From positions 32,001-96,000 of the forward strand of contig JBHLLO010000001.1 of NCBI GenBank assembly GCA_048885535.1: a stretch of 64,000 nucleotides of DNA, written 5' to 3'. Numbering within the stretch: the stretch's first letter is position 1; every line of letters begins with the position of its first letter. Made by a program: the position numbers and the translations under genes. The notes beneath the pieces are model-generated. The model searched no databases. It worked only from the letters and a program-made list of their open reading frames with translations, and was not told the DNA's origin. Below are positions 21,460-31,289 of the stretch, piece by piece. This stretch comes from Candidatus Hermodarchaeota archaeon. GTDB taxonomy: Archaea > Asgardarchaeota > Lokiarchaeia > Sigyniarchaeales > SOKP01.

Positions 21460-22218
21460 ATGGATTTAGATGAAAGGATTGATTTAGCAGCGAAATGGAT
21501 TGCTGAATCAAAGCGATTGGTTGTATTTACTGGAGCGGGAATATCAACTGATTCTGGATTACCTGATTATCGTGGTCCTGATGGTGTATGGACAAGGCGA
21601 GATAAAGGGTTGCCTCCACCTAAGTCCCCACCTTGGGACCAAGTTAAACCAAATCCCAATCATTATGCGATAGTAGAATTATTAGAATTGGGAAAGCTAG
21701 ATTTTCTTATATCCCAAAATGTAGATGGATTACATGCAAAATCTGGAATCCCTTTTGACAAACTAGCAGAATTACATGGCAATAGGTATTTTATGAAGTG
21801 TTTAGATTGCAATAAAAAAATGACATTTGAAGATGCAGGATGGGATAAGGCTATATGGGGACCTGGATATCGGACTGATAGAGTTCGTAGAAACCAACCA
21901 ACATGCCCCCACTGTAGTGGCAGAATAATTTCAAGTATAGTTAATTTTGGAGATCAGTTGCCTTATGACGAATTAGAAGAATCTAAAAAGCGTTCTGAAG
22001 ATGCAGATGTATTTTTTGTAATTGGTTCGTCTTTAGTAGTTACACCCGCAGCTAATATGCCTGGTTATGCCAAAAATAATGGCGCAAAGTTGATTATTCT
22101 AAATAAAGGTGATACTCCTTATGATTATATAGCCGATATAAGATTTGATAATTTAATTGAAGAAGTTTTACCTCCAATAATAGAAAAAGTGAGAGAAATT
22201 ATAAAAAGGAGTATGTAA
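21460..22218 (+). CDS. Sir2-family NAD-dependent deacylase (class IV/SIRT6-like motifs)
   Basis: [23 protein letters not shown], ELHGN, two CxxC, [10 protein letters not shown]. Confidence 0.92.
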   Translation: [252 protein letters not shown]

Positions 22219-22243
22219 TTTCTTAGGAACCTTTTTAAAAATA

Positions 22244-23911
22244 CTATTGCTTTAATTTCCCATATATATTTTTCTTTGCATTATATTCTTTTAGAACTTT
22301 TTTTCCTTCTTTATTGGTTAAGGATAATGAAATTTCACTATTACGGCTTAATGAACCCGTAAAAATTTGTTGATTATTAGCATAAACTATTATATTACTG
22401 CTTGCATATTCTTGATCTGCTCTTAATACTAATCTATTTCTTAGGATTTCTATGTCTAAGTCTATTTTGTCTTCAATTGTCTTTTTTCCTACAGTAAATT
22501 CCTCTAATCGCCTATATTTCTTAGATTTTATTGGGCTAATTGGATTTATAACTATATCTTGTCCAAAAGAATAAATTTCATATTCTAATTGTTTAGTCTT
22601 ATAATCTCTTACTTCCACAACAGGTCGAGCGAGATCCTTATCTCTAAAACCGTGTGGTACTTTTACGGTCATCTTTATGGCTAAAACCCTGGAGATATCT
22701 CCATCTTCAATAAATATTATAGTATCTATTATTGAGGGAAGCATACCGAGCTCGATTCTACCAATAAACCTTTGAAGACCATCAATTGCAGAGGATGAGT
22801 GAACTACCCCAACCATTCCTACTCCAGATAATCGAAAGTCGGCATAGACTTGAAAATCGTTGGTAGTTCTTACTTCATCAAATATAGTAAAATCAGGTCT
22901 TACTAAAAGGAGTATATCTGCTGAATTTTCAAGACTTCCTTCTAGCTTAGTGTATTGTGTAATTTCTGGGTCAACTTGCAAATCTCTTACACTCTCAAGT
23001 GTTTTTACTACTTTATTTTGCTGTAAATAGAAGTTTGCTAACGCTGCTGAAAAAGTACTCTTACCAGCACCGGGTGGTCCCGCAACTAAGATTCCCTCTG
23101 CTTTCTCCAAGCGACTACGCAATCTAGAGTCAATAGAATAATCTGACAATTTTAAATTAACAAGTGGACGTACAGCAGTTATTTCTAGATCATTTGAAAA
23201 AGGAGGGCGAGTAATTACAATTCTAAATTCTCTTAATTGAGCTACAAGAGCACCAAACTTTTCAATTTCAATGAAAGAATGAGTATCCTCTCGAGTAAAT
23301 TCTACAATCTCCATAGCTATCTCTTCAAGCTGGTTTTTAGATATTGATTCCTCCATTACTTTCTCTAAATACCAGTTACCTGGACTGCCCTTCTTGGCAT
23401 ATGGTGGTAATTCTTGCTTCAAATGGATACTCATCGTATTTTTATCAAAAAATTTAATTAATGTAAGCGAGGAAGAATCAATTTTTTTTGGTGGTATTTT
23501 TTCTTTTACAGGTATTACTTCAATTCCTTCGAAAATTCCTACATCTCCCTGTATTTTATCTGAAGTGATTAAAACAGCTTTATTTTCACGAGCAGTTTCC
23601 CTAATTAAGGCATCTAATTCTCCTCCTGGAGCCATCTTAATTTCCTCACGAGTTGGCCTTTTTCCAATTATATGTAATTTAATTTTATTCTTATTATGAT
23701 ATTCTCTGAGTTTTTTTAAAACATTTAAACCCAAAAAGCCAATTTCCTTTTGGATGTTTGTTCTATACTCTACTTCAGCCACAACAATATTCGGAATAAA
23801 AATTTCTGGATATTCACCTAATTCTTCATCTTCAATCAAATCTAAAATAAGCCCGTTAAAAATAACTGAAGTATCACACACAAATTTATCTGGCATATTC
23901 TTCTTCATCAA
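22244..23911 (-). CDS. PINA-type PIN domain / VirB11-like ATPase
   Basis: N-terminal PIN (CDTS), GPPGAGKST, RPDFTIFDEVR, GVGMVGVVH, DLARPVVEV. Confidence 0.88.
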   Translation of the reverse strand: MMKKNMPDKFVCDTSVIFNGLILDLIEDEELGEYPEIFIPNIVVAEVEYRTNIQKEIGFLGLNVLKKLREYHNKNKIKLHIIGKRPTREEIKMAPGGELDALIRETARENKAVLITSDKIQGDVGIFEGIEVIPVKEKIPPKKIDSSSLTLIKFFDKNTMSIHLKQELPPYAKKGSPGNWYLEKVMEESISKNQLEEIAMEIVEFTREDTHSFIEIEKFGALVAQLREFRIVITRPPFSNDLEITAVRPLVNLKLSDYSIDSRLRSRLEKAEGILVAGPPGAGKSTFSAALANFYLQQNKVVKTLESVRDLQVDPEITQYTKLEGSLENSADILLLVRPDFTIFDEVRTTNDFQVYADFRLSGVGMVGVVHSSSAIDGLQRFIGRIELGMLPSIIDTIIFIEDGDISRVLAIKMTVKVPHGFRDKDLARPVVEVRDYKTKQLEYEIYSFGQDIVINPISPIKSKKYRRLEEFTVGKKTIEDKIDLDIEILRNRLVLRADQEYASSNIIVYANNQQIFTGSLSRNSEISLSLTNKEGKKVLKEYNAKKNIYGKLKQ

Positions 23912-24503
23912 TATCTATTTTAGTTATTATTTCAAACTTATTTACACTATAATAAATTGGCTTACTTAACCGGTCTACAGTGGCAACTATTAATGCCTTT
24001 CGAGAGCTCATTGCCACGCGAGACATTTTATCTAAGTCTTTTAATTCGATCGGATATCCTTCAAATACGGGATATATTAAATATTTTGCTGCATCTGTGT
24101 TGATATCTGCTCCCCTTTTATAAACTCGAAAATCAATTCCATCACCATATCCAGCTCTAACAATATAACCCCGTTTGCGCAAATCCATATAAATGATATA
24201 CTTTTGCCACAATCTAGGGTCATACTGTGTGAATTCTATTAATAAATCTTCAAAACTATACATTTGGTTAGTTTTGTTATTGTCTTTCCATAACAATAAC
24301 CTGTTTCGTTCACATAAAAGCAATACTTCAATAGGTTCTAAAATTAGTGATTGTTCACCAGTATCTTTCTCTTCTAAAGTTCCAATATAGGAATTATTAT
24401 AAAATTCATCTATTGCTTTTTCATCAAAAATATATACTTTATCTTCCTTGATAATTGCTTCAAACTGAGCTTTCTCTACCTTTTCATCAGCTTTTTCTGT
24501 CAT
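23886..24503 (-). CDS. endA: tRNA-splicing endonuclease subunit (probably structural, non-catalytic)
   Basis: YMDLRKRGYIVR, DFRVY, SSRK; expected catalytic His position reads DAAKY. Confidence 0.85.
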   Translation of the reverse strand: MTEKADEKVEKAQFEAIIKEDKVYIFDEKAIDEFYNNSYIGTLEEKDTGEQSLILEPIEVLLLCERNRLLLWKDNNKTNQMYSFEDLLIEFTQYDPRLWQKYIIYMDLRKRGYIVRAGYGDGIDFRVYKRGADINTDAAKYLIYPVFEGYPIELKDLDKMSRVAMSSRKALIVATVDRLSKPIYYSVNKFEIITKIDIDEEEYAR

Positions 24504-24647
24504 TTTCCTATTTATTATAGAGTTTTATATTTAATGAACTTAATCATAATAAGGAGATAATAATTATCATAAATTACATAAAATAAACTGTATTTTTATC
24601 TCTATCATCAGTTGATCTATTATAGAATAAATAATTAAGAAAAAATT

Positions 24648-25532
24648 CTATTTATTTGATCTAGATATTATAAAATCTATGAATTTACCGACATCTTTGA
24701 CATTTTCATAGACTTTTGGAGCCTTTTCTTCTAAATAACCTTTAAAAACATCCCAATTTTCCTTCTTACCTATAGGCGCTTCTGTTAATAACTTTTTAGC
24801 TTCAAAAATGTCATAACTGAAGATTAGAGCATTATCGACTCTATTAGCATCGCTACTTAATAAAAAGATGTAAAACTCATTTAAATCCCAAGGATTTAAT
24901 ACATGAGCAGGTTTATTTCCATCCCCCGCTTTCTTACCTCTTAATGCACGTGTATCTACCTGTGTTGGTAACACCATATTAAAAGTTATATTCTCTCGCT
25001 TATATTCTAAAGCCATAGCTTTTTGCATTCCTACAATAGCATATTTACTTGCAGCATATGCAGTAAATTTTGGTGGAGCGTTCGGATATGCTTCACTTCC
25101 AGTTATTATGAATCTTGCTTTATTATTTTTATCTTCTTTATACATATAAGGATATGCTGCTTTAAACGTGAAAAATACCCCTAATACGTTAGTATTTAAA
25201 ATTTGAGAGAACTTTTCATTATCAAATTCATGAGTAGCCCACATTCGAGAATAACCCGCATTAGCAACAACGCCATTTAACGGACCAAGTTCTTCAAAAA
25301 AGGTTTTAAATGTAACTTCAACTTCATCATACTTGCTGATATCTGCTGTTTTGACAACTACTTTCACATTAATCCCAAGAGAAATTATTTCTTGTTTAGT
25401 GTTGTTTAATTCTTCTAATGTACGAGACATTAAACCAATATTTGCGCCCTCCTTAGCGCAAGCTATAGCAACAGCTTTACCTATGCCTCTCCCGGAGCCA
25501 GTTATCACAATATTTTTACCTTTTAATAACAT
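24648..25532 (-). CDS. Short-chain dehydrogenase/reductase
   Basis: TGSGRGIG, ANAG, YAASK. Confidence 0.9.
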   Translation of the reverse strand: MLLKGKNIVITGSGRGIGKAVAIACAKEGANIGLMSRTLEELNNTKQEIISLGINVKVVVKTADISKYDEVEVTFKTFFEELGPLNGVVANAGYSRMWATHEFDNEKFSQILNTNVLGVFFTFKAAYPYMYKEDKNNKARFIITGSEAYPNAPPKFTAYAASKYAIVGMQKAMALEYKRENITFNMVLPTQVDTRALRGKKAGDGNKPAHVLNPWDLNEFYIFLLSSDANRVDNALIFSYDIFEAKKLLTEAPIGKKENWDVFKGYLEEKAPKVYENVKDVGKFIDFIISRSNK

Positions 25533-25617
25533 AATTGAATCAAAAATTATTGAAATAAAAGATTTACTTTAATTGATAATAAATAATTAATACATCTTCT
25601 ACTTTTTTTCCTTAATA

Positions 25618-26211
25618 ATGAATGAGTCGTTTGAAAAGTTTAAGGATTATTTTAAGGATTCATCCAAAGTGGTATTTATGGGTATTGGGGAAGAAAAATT
25701 AAGAGATGATGGAGTGGGTCCTTATATTATTGGTGAACTCTTAAAACATTATAATATGAGAAATCCCTTAAACGACATGTTTTTATTTATAAATGCTGGA
25801 ACTGACCCCATGTCAAGAGTGGACGAAATAGTTAAATTCAACCCTTCGCATCTAATCATCGTTGATACCTGTACATTAAATAAACCCCCTGGAACAGTTG
25901 CAATTCTAGAACGTGAAAATATAGGTGAATATGTGCCAATTTCCTCTCATACAGTCCCTATACATATTGTTATTGATTTTCTTCTAAACAGGATTCCACA
26001 GTTAGAAGTATTTATGATTGGATTTGTTCCAGAAAGTCTCGAAGGCTTTGAAGATTTAGAATTCTATAAGGGAGATAGAATTAATTTTGAAGAGTTAGAT
26101 AAGAATATCGATTTACCCTTTTTTAAAATTAATTTGACTAGCAAAATAGAAAAAGCAGCACTAAAAGTTATAGAATTCATAAAAAATGTAATTGAAGAAT
26201 TGAGAAAATGA
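25618..26211 (+). CDS. Hydrogenase maturation protease (HycI-like)
   Basis: GIGEEKLRDDGVG, IIVD, SSHTVP. Confidence 0.85.
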   Translation: MNESFEKFKDYFKDSSKVVFMGIGEEKLRDDGVGPYIIGELLKHYNMRNPLNDMFLFINAGTDPMSRVDEIVKFNPSHLIIVDTCTLNKPPGTVAILERENIGEYVPISSHTVPIHIVIDFLLNRIPQLEVFMIGFVPESLEGFEDLEFYKGDRINFEELDKNIDLPFFKINLTSKIEKAALKVIEFIKNVIEELRK

Positions 26212-26225
26212 ATACCCTTTCTTTT

Positions 26226-27446
26226 TTAGAATATCCAAATTAAGAGTAAAATTATGGATATAAGTCCTACCAAAAAGGTAATACATCCCCAGGAGGTTAA
26301 AGCATTTTTAATATAATTTATTCTAAAGTCAACAGCCTCGTAAGGACATAACTCTACACAGCAATAGCACATTATACATTTCTCTTTAATCCATCTAGGT
26401 ACATTTCCTTTCTTTAATTCTTCTGGTGGAATGATTGCCTTTCCAGGGCAATTACTCCAACAAGTTGAGCATAGTTTACAGTTTTCTTGTTTAAACCTAA
26501 CTCTAGCTTTAAATATAGTTCTACCAACATAATCTGCAAGCCATCTGGGTAATGGCATTGAAATTGGTCGCTTAGTGGGACGTTTAAAATCTCTTCTTAT
26601 AGTCTGAATATCTTCACCTAATAATTCAGTCTTTGTTAAATTTGTTGTTCCTAAACCTTTCTGCTCTGCTTTGGTTAAATAGAAAACATCCTTGGGATCA
26701 AAACCAATTATTTTACATACAGTTGTATCTAAAGCAACACCATCAAAACCAGCTAAAATCAAATCTAATTTCACGACATCTCCTTGGGAGGGTCCTTTAC
26801 CTTCCTGACATAAATATCCATCTATAACTGTTAATTGCGGATTCGAAACAGAATAAATATCTGCCAATGCTGAACTAAATCTATCTAATGTTGGAAATTG
26901 AGCATGGGTTTTAGCTTTATTCCCTAGTAACATAGTGCCAAACATATTTTTAATACAGCAAGTAAGAAGACACTGCCAATGTGTCTTTATTTTTGGAATA
27001 TTAATAATTAAATCTGCTTTTTTAATCAAATCTGAGCTTACAAATTCTTTTAATTCTAAAGGATTATTAACTTAATAATGTTCTCTCTCCGTTTTTTCAA
27101 AATGTATACATTCTACTCCCTCTTCTTGACAAACAGAGAGAATCCCGCTTTCTTTCATCGCTAATTCAGTAATTCCTGGTTTTTGGCCCCCTGCTGAATC
27201 ACATACATATACTTCTAAAGGATTAAACGATTTTACCCACTGAATTACTGATCTTACTACTTCTGGATGAGTATTTACAGCTCTTTCCGTTGGCTTTCCT
27301 ATAAGCAAGTTTGGTTTTATTAAAATAACCATGTCCTTTTTTATCATTAATTCCTGAGCATTTATTAGTTTAAGGGCGTTAAAAACAGCAGTTTTTATAT
27401 CATCATTGCTTATCTTCTGAATAGCAATTTTAGTCCTACTAATCAT
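26226..27446 (-). pseudogene. DUF362-family Fe-S protein with C-terminal 2x[4Fe-4S] ferredoxin domain, interrupted by an in-frame TAA
   Basis: IKPNLL/THPEVV half (27072-27446) and PKIKTH...CxxCxxCxxxCP half (26226-27029) are in the same frame, separated only by TAA at 27072-27074. Confidence 0.75.
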
Positions 27447-27577
27447 TTTTGTAACCCAATCCTACATAATAAATGAGCCTTTTATTAAATTTATGGACTG
27501 ATATTTTAATTTTGAAAATATTTCAATCGGATAATTTTAAAAAAAGAAAAAGTAAAAAATAAAAAAAGAAAATTTAT

Positions 27578-27832
27578 TTAAATGCCACCTGCTTGTGTAG
27601 CCATGACGGTTATAACATCCTTTTTTGGATGAATCCCTACTTTTGCGAATTTAAGATCATCTGGAAGTACTTTTCCTTTAAAAATGAACTGAATTGCTAA
27701 GATTGGGTTTAACTTATATTCTCTCTGAACTGTCTTTTTGATATCTGCGATAGACTGATTTGGATCAACTTCAATTAATTTTATAGCTTGATCTGGTGGC
27801 ACCCCAGTAAGTCTAAATCTATATTGAGTCAT
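27578..27832 (-). CDS. Ubiquitin-like (beta-grasp) protein ending in GG-I
   Basis: IEVDPNQSIADIKK, FIFKGKVLPDD (ubiquitin-like LIFxGKxLxD), C-terminal AGGI. Confidence 0.85.
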   Translation of the reverse strand: MTQYRFRLTGVPPDQAIKLIEVDPNQSIADIKKTVQREYKLNPILAIQFIFKGKVLPDDLKFAKVGIHPKKDVITVMATQAGGI

Positions 27833-27983
27833 TTTTTTTAACCTACTCTTTACTTTATATATATATTTATTAAATTGTAGATTAACTATAATAAAAGGTC
27901 AGCGGTATTGTTAACTTAACTTTAGTCCATTTTTAATCTTTTTAACAGACAAAAATCAAATTTGTTTATTTAAGTAATCTTAT

Positions 27984-28181
27984 TTAGAACTTAAATGGTT
28001 CTGGAGGTGGACCTGGGGGGCTAGGTCGATCTGGTGGTGGGAATGGGCTAGGTTGAGGTGATGGTTGAATAGGTAACCGACTTAATCTATTTTCAATTAA
28101 TGAAATACGATTTTCTAGCTCGTTTAGTCTTTTTTCAATTTTAACAATTCTTTCCAATAAATTTGGGTTTTCTCTCGACAT
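27984..28181 (-). CDS. Micro-protein: short coiled coil plus proline-rich tail
   Basis: LERIVKIEKRLNELENRISLIENRL followed by PSPQPSPFPPPDRPSPPGPPPEPFKF. Confidence 0.75.
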   Translation of the reverse strand: MSRENPNLLERIVKIEKRLNELENRISLIENRLSRLPIQPSPQPSPFPPPDRPSPPGPPPEPFKF

Positions 28182-28349
28182 TTACTATCAAAATAAAAAT
28201 TCAATATTTAGATATTTATTCTTAACTATAACTTAAAAAAGAAAAAAAATAAGTATACCATATTTGCATTAATTAGTATTTTATAATTTTTTAGTTCGAG
28301 TTTAGTAAAAAAGTATAATTTTATATTTTCTGGTTCTTTCATTATTATT

Positions 28350-29450
28350 ATGGAAAGTTGGAACATCTCGAAAAAGTTAAAGAGTGAGTTACTTAAAAAA
28401 TCCAGTAGTATTGAGGATAATAGTAGGAGAATATTGTATATTCTTAGAAACTTAGGTCCACAAAGATTCACTAATATTATAAAATATTCAAATTTAAGTA
28501 GGTCAACAGTATCTAAGTATCTTAATTATCATCGAAAGGAAAAAAATATTGAGCAAAGATTAATTACAGATAAAGATACCAATAAACAATATCAGGGTTA
28601 TGTTATTACTGAAAAGGGCATAGAAATTTTGGGAGAATTTCCTTTAAAGTTAAAAGATGAGTTATATGTTATTAATGAATTAAAAGAGAATGTCCGAAAG
28701 CTAGAAAGCTTAATCGACTTTTACAAAAAGATAAATCTTGAGGATCCCTTTATAATCCATATAGTACGTATCATCTCTAAAATTGGAGATAACTTCTTTA
28801 AATTACACCAAGATAGAGATCTATATTTATCTCTTTTTTATATATTTTATAACTCAATTTTAGGACAAGGAGCCTTAGCACGAAAATATTGGCATTTTGA
28901 AGATTCTAGTTCTCAAAAATTTGTTGGTTATAAATTGAATTTAGACCAATTTTGTGAATTATATCATGTTTCTAAAGAAGCGATAAGTTATTTAGCACGA
29001 ATTAAACTAATTACTCCTGATTTCGGATTTTATCTTATTAAACGTGAAGCGAATGATTTTTTTTTCCATGAGGAAGATTTGTTGGGCACTACTACAATTA
29101 GATTGATTAAAGATAGATTAATAGATGAAATTATTAATCTTCAAGAGGGTATTTATGATATGATTTATGATCTAGATATCATAGCTGAAGATTTAACAAA
29201 CCAGTTGAAAGAAATGGGCTTGATTTGGGATGCTATAAGAGAACATTTCCAAATGTTGGTTCTAAATCTTTTTATTAAGAATGCTATTGAAATGGGGTTC
29301 TTGGATATAGAACGCGATAAATTAATGGAAGGAATTGCTCAATCAAAAAAATTTTCAATGTCAGAAGAAGGAAAAATACTTCAAAAGTCAATATTAAAAG
29401 GCTTGAAATTGGAAGTAAATCTGAATATCCTTACACTAATCATGGATTGA
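28350..29450 (+). CDS. Winged-HTH domain protein (putative transcriptional regulator)
   Basis: RFTNIIKYSNLSRSTVSKYL...YVITEKG; uncharacterised C-terminus. Confidence 0.75.
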   Translation: MESWNISKKLKSELLKKSSSIEDNSRRILYILRNLGPQRFTNIIKYSNLSRSTVSKYLNYHRKEKNIEQRLITDKDTNKQYQGYVITEKGIEILGEFPLKLKDELYVINELKENVRKLESLIDFYKKINLEDPFIIHIVRIISKIGDNFFKLHQDRDLYLSLFYIFYNSILGQGALARKYWHFEDSSSQKFVGYKLNLDQFCELYHVSKEAISYLARIKLITPDFGFYLIKREANDFFFHEEDLLGTTTIRLIKDRLIDEIINLQEGIYDMIYDLDIIAEDLTNQLKEMGLIWDAIREHFQMLVLNLFIKNAIEMGFLDIERDKLMEGIAQSKKFSMSEEGKILQKSILKGLKLEVNLNILTLIMD

Positions 29451-29624
29451 GAAGAGTTGGTTGTTAAGTTTAATACAAATTAAGAAGGGGTATTTCTATA
29501 TAATTTTCATTTTTTCACTAAATTCAAAAAGACTAGAGTTTTTAATACCTAATTTAACATAAATGCTATAGAGTTAGCAAATCTCTATTAAATTTCTTCA
29601 CTGACAAAAATCCTTACTGAAAAA

Positions 29625-31289
29625 ATGATAATTGTAAGCTTAATTTTATTCACAATTTTATCTATTGGGGTATGCACCTTCATACATTCTAATCATCATC
29701 CAGTAAAAGAGTTTAAAGTCAACGAATTTTTAAAACTAAAATTAGAAAATGGAAAAACAAATATTTATGTAAAAAACCGGGTATTTAGACAGTGTATGTA
29801 TTTACTCTTGAACATTCCTAAGGATAAAATTCATAAGTATGATCATATTGAATCAATTGATGAAGCTGCAGAATCATTAGATAGATCAATGGAGAGAGAT
29901 TTTAGAGTTAGAAGTCAAATTACACCTGAGGAAGAATTTTTAGGACATTGTTCCAATATTCAAGCTTGGGCTGATAATGACTACGATACTCGCATATTAC
30001 ATAGAAATCTAGCATTCCCTCTCTTAAAAAGGCTAGCCGATATTGGAGACCCCCTTGCTATGAAAAGATTTAAAGAAGAGGTTGCAATTAGATATGCTAG
30101 TGGTTATCCCTCAGTAATGCAGTATTTAACTCAACGTGGTTATTTAAATTACCTTACTAGTGAAGAGTTTGAAAGTATTATTAATGATATAGAATCTCCT
30201 TTAATTACTGATATCAGTAAGAAAATAAATTTATACTTAAATCAATCTGATAATGCAAATGTAATTAAGGAAATATCTTATTCTATAGGGGGTTTATTAA
30301 AGACTCTTAAATTTAAGCATAGTTATCTATTATTAACTCGAGTTTTAAAAGAAATACCAGAAGAAGCTAGACAAAAATTTATAGAAATTATTTGTTATAA
30401 TTTTCAAAGTAGTAAGAGTTTTCCAATGCTAGACTTTGTAAAATCCATCGAAAATCATTATAATAATATAAAATTAAATTACATCTGTTATGAAAGTAAG
30501 TTTATTGGATTTTTAACAGGAAATAAATTAAATTTGAGACAAAGGGGAATAACTGAGTTCGAAAAAGTTGAAGGAATTCGAAAAAATGCCAATGAGGTTG
30601 AAGAAATTGATTTAAGCAAAAATCACATATCAAAAGTTAAAGGTTTTGAGGAATTCTTAAATTTACATACTTTAAAGTTAAATTACAACAATATAAGAGA
30701 AATTAATGGATTGGAGCTATGTGAAAAACTTAGAATTTTAGAACTTAATAATAATCAAATTTCATCTTTAGATAGTCTAAATAAGTTAAAATATTTAGAA
30801 AAGCTGTCAATTAGGAATAATTCAATTGAGGAAATTAGTGAAATAAGTAGCCTTAAACACTTAGAGTTTCTTGATCTTTCAGGAAATATTGGTATTAGTA
30901 AGATACCAGAAATGTTAAAAGATCATCCTTCATTAAAGATATTAAAATTATCTGGGTGCCCCCTAAGCAAGTATACTGAATCAACATCAAAATTCTTCTG
31001 GATGGAAGCTAATTATAGTTATTATTCAAATTTTTCCTCAAAGGATATCCTCCAATATCAACATACCTTTAATAAAAATGCTCTTTATGGTAATAGATTA
31101 TATAAACATTTTGTGAAGTGGTTACTAAATATTCAATCAATCAAAATGAAATTTAAATGTGGTTATAAAACTATTAATCAATATGAGATTGAAAGTAATA
31201 AGAGTGCAATTTGGAACGGTAAACCAACAAAAGCATTTATAACTTGGTTAGAAAACAAGAAACAAACTAGAATTACTGACTTTTTATAA
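29625..31289 (+). CDS. Leucine-rich repeat protein with C-terminal PIP-box-like motif
   Basis: SDS22-like LRRs (LHTLKLNYNNIREINGL, LRILELNNNQISSL); ends KQTRITDFL. Confidence 0.85.
   Translation: MIIVSLILFTILSIGVCTFIHSNHHPVKEFKVNEFLKLKLENGKTNIYVKNRVFRQCMYLLLNIPKDKIHKYDHIESIDEAAESLDRSMERDFRVRSQITPEEEFLGHCSNIQAWADNDYDTRILHRNLAFPLLKRLADIGDPLAMKRFKEEVAIRYASGYPSVMQYLTQRGYLNYLTSEEFESIINDIESPLITDISKKINLYLNQSDNANVIKEISYSIGGLLKTLKFKHSYLLLTRVLKEIPEEARQKFIEIICYNFQSSKSFPMLDFVKSIENHYNNIKLNYICYESKFIGFLTGNKLNLRQRGITEFEKVEGIRKNANEVEEIDLSKNHISKVKGFEEFLNLHTLKLNYNNIREINGLELCEKLRILELNNNQISSLDSLNKLKYLEKLSIRNNSIEEISEISSLKHLEFLDLSGNIGISKIPEMLKDHPSLKILKLSGCPLSKYTESTSKFFWMEANYSYYSNFSSKDILQYQHTFNKNALYGNRLYKHFVKWLLNIQSIKMKFKCGYKTINQYEIESNKSAIWNGKPTKAFITWLENKKQTRITDFL

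Noticed and set aside
22244-23911. Toxin-antitoxin or type IV secretion system suggested by the PIN and VirB11-like domains
   Set aside because: The architecture matches the conserved archaeal housekeeping ATPase PINA
27072-27074. Selenocysteine or pyrrolysine recoding of the internal stop in the DUF362 gene
   Set aside because: The codon is TAA rather than TGA or TAG, and the position is not an obvious Cys site
28226-28471. 81-aa minus-strand ORF (and similarly 55732-55914 and 56129-56365)
   Set aside because: Low-complexity translation of AT-rich intergenic DNA that overlaps real genes
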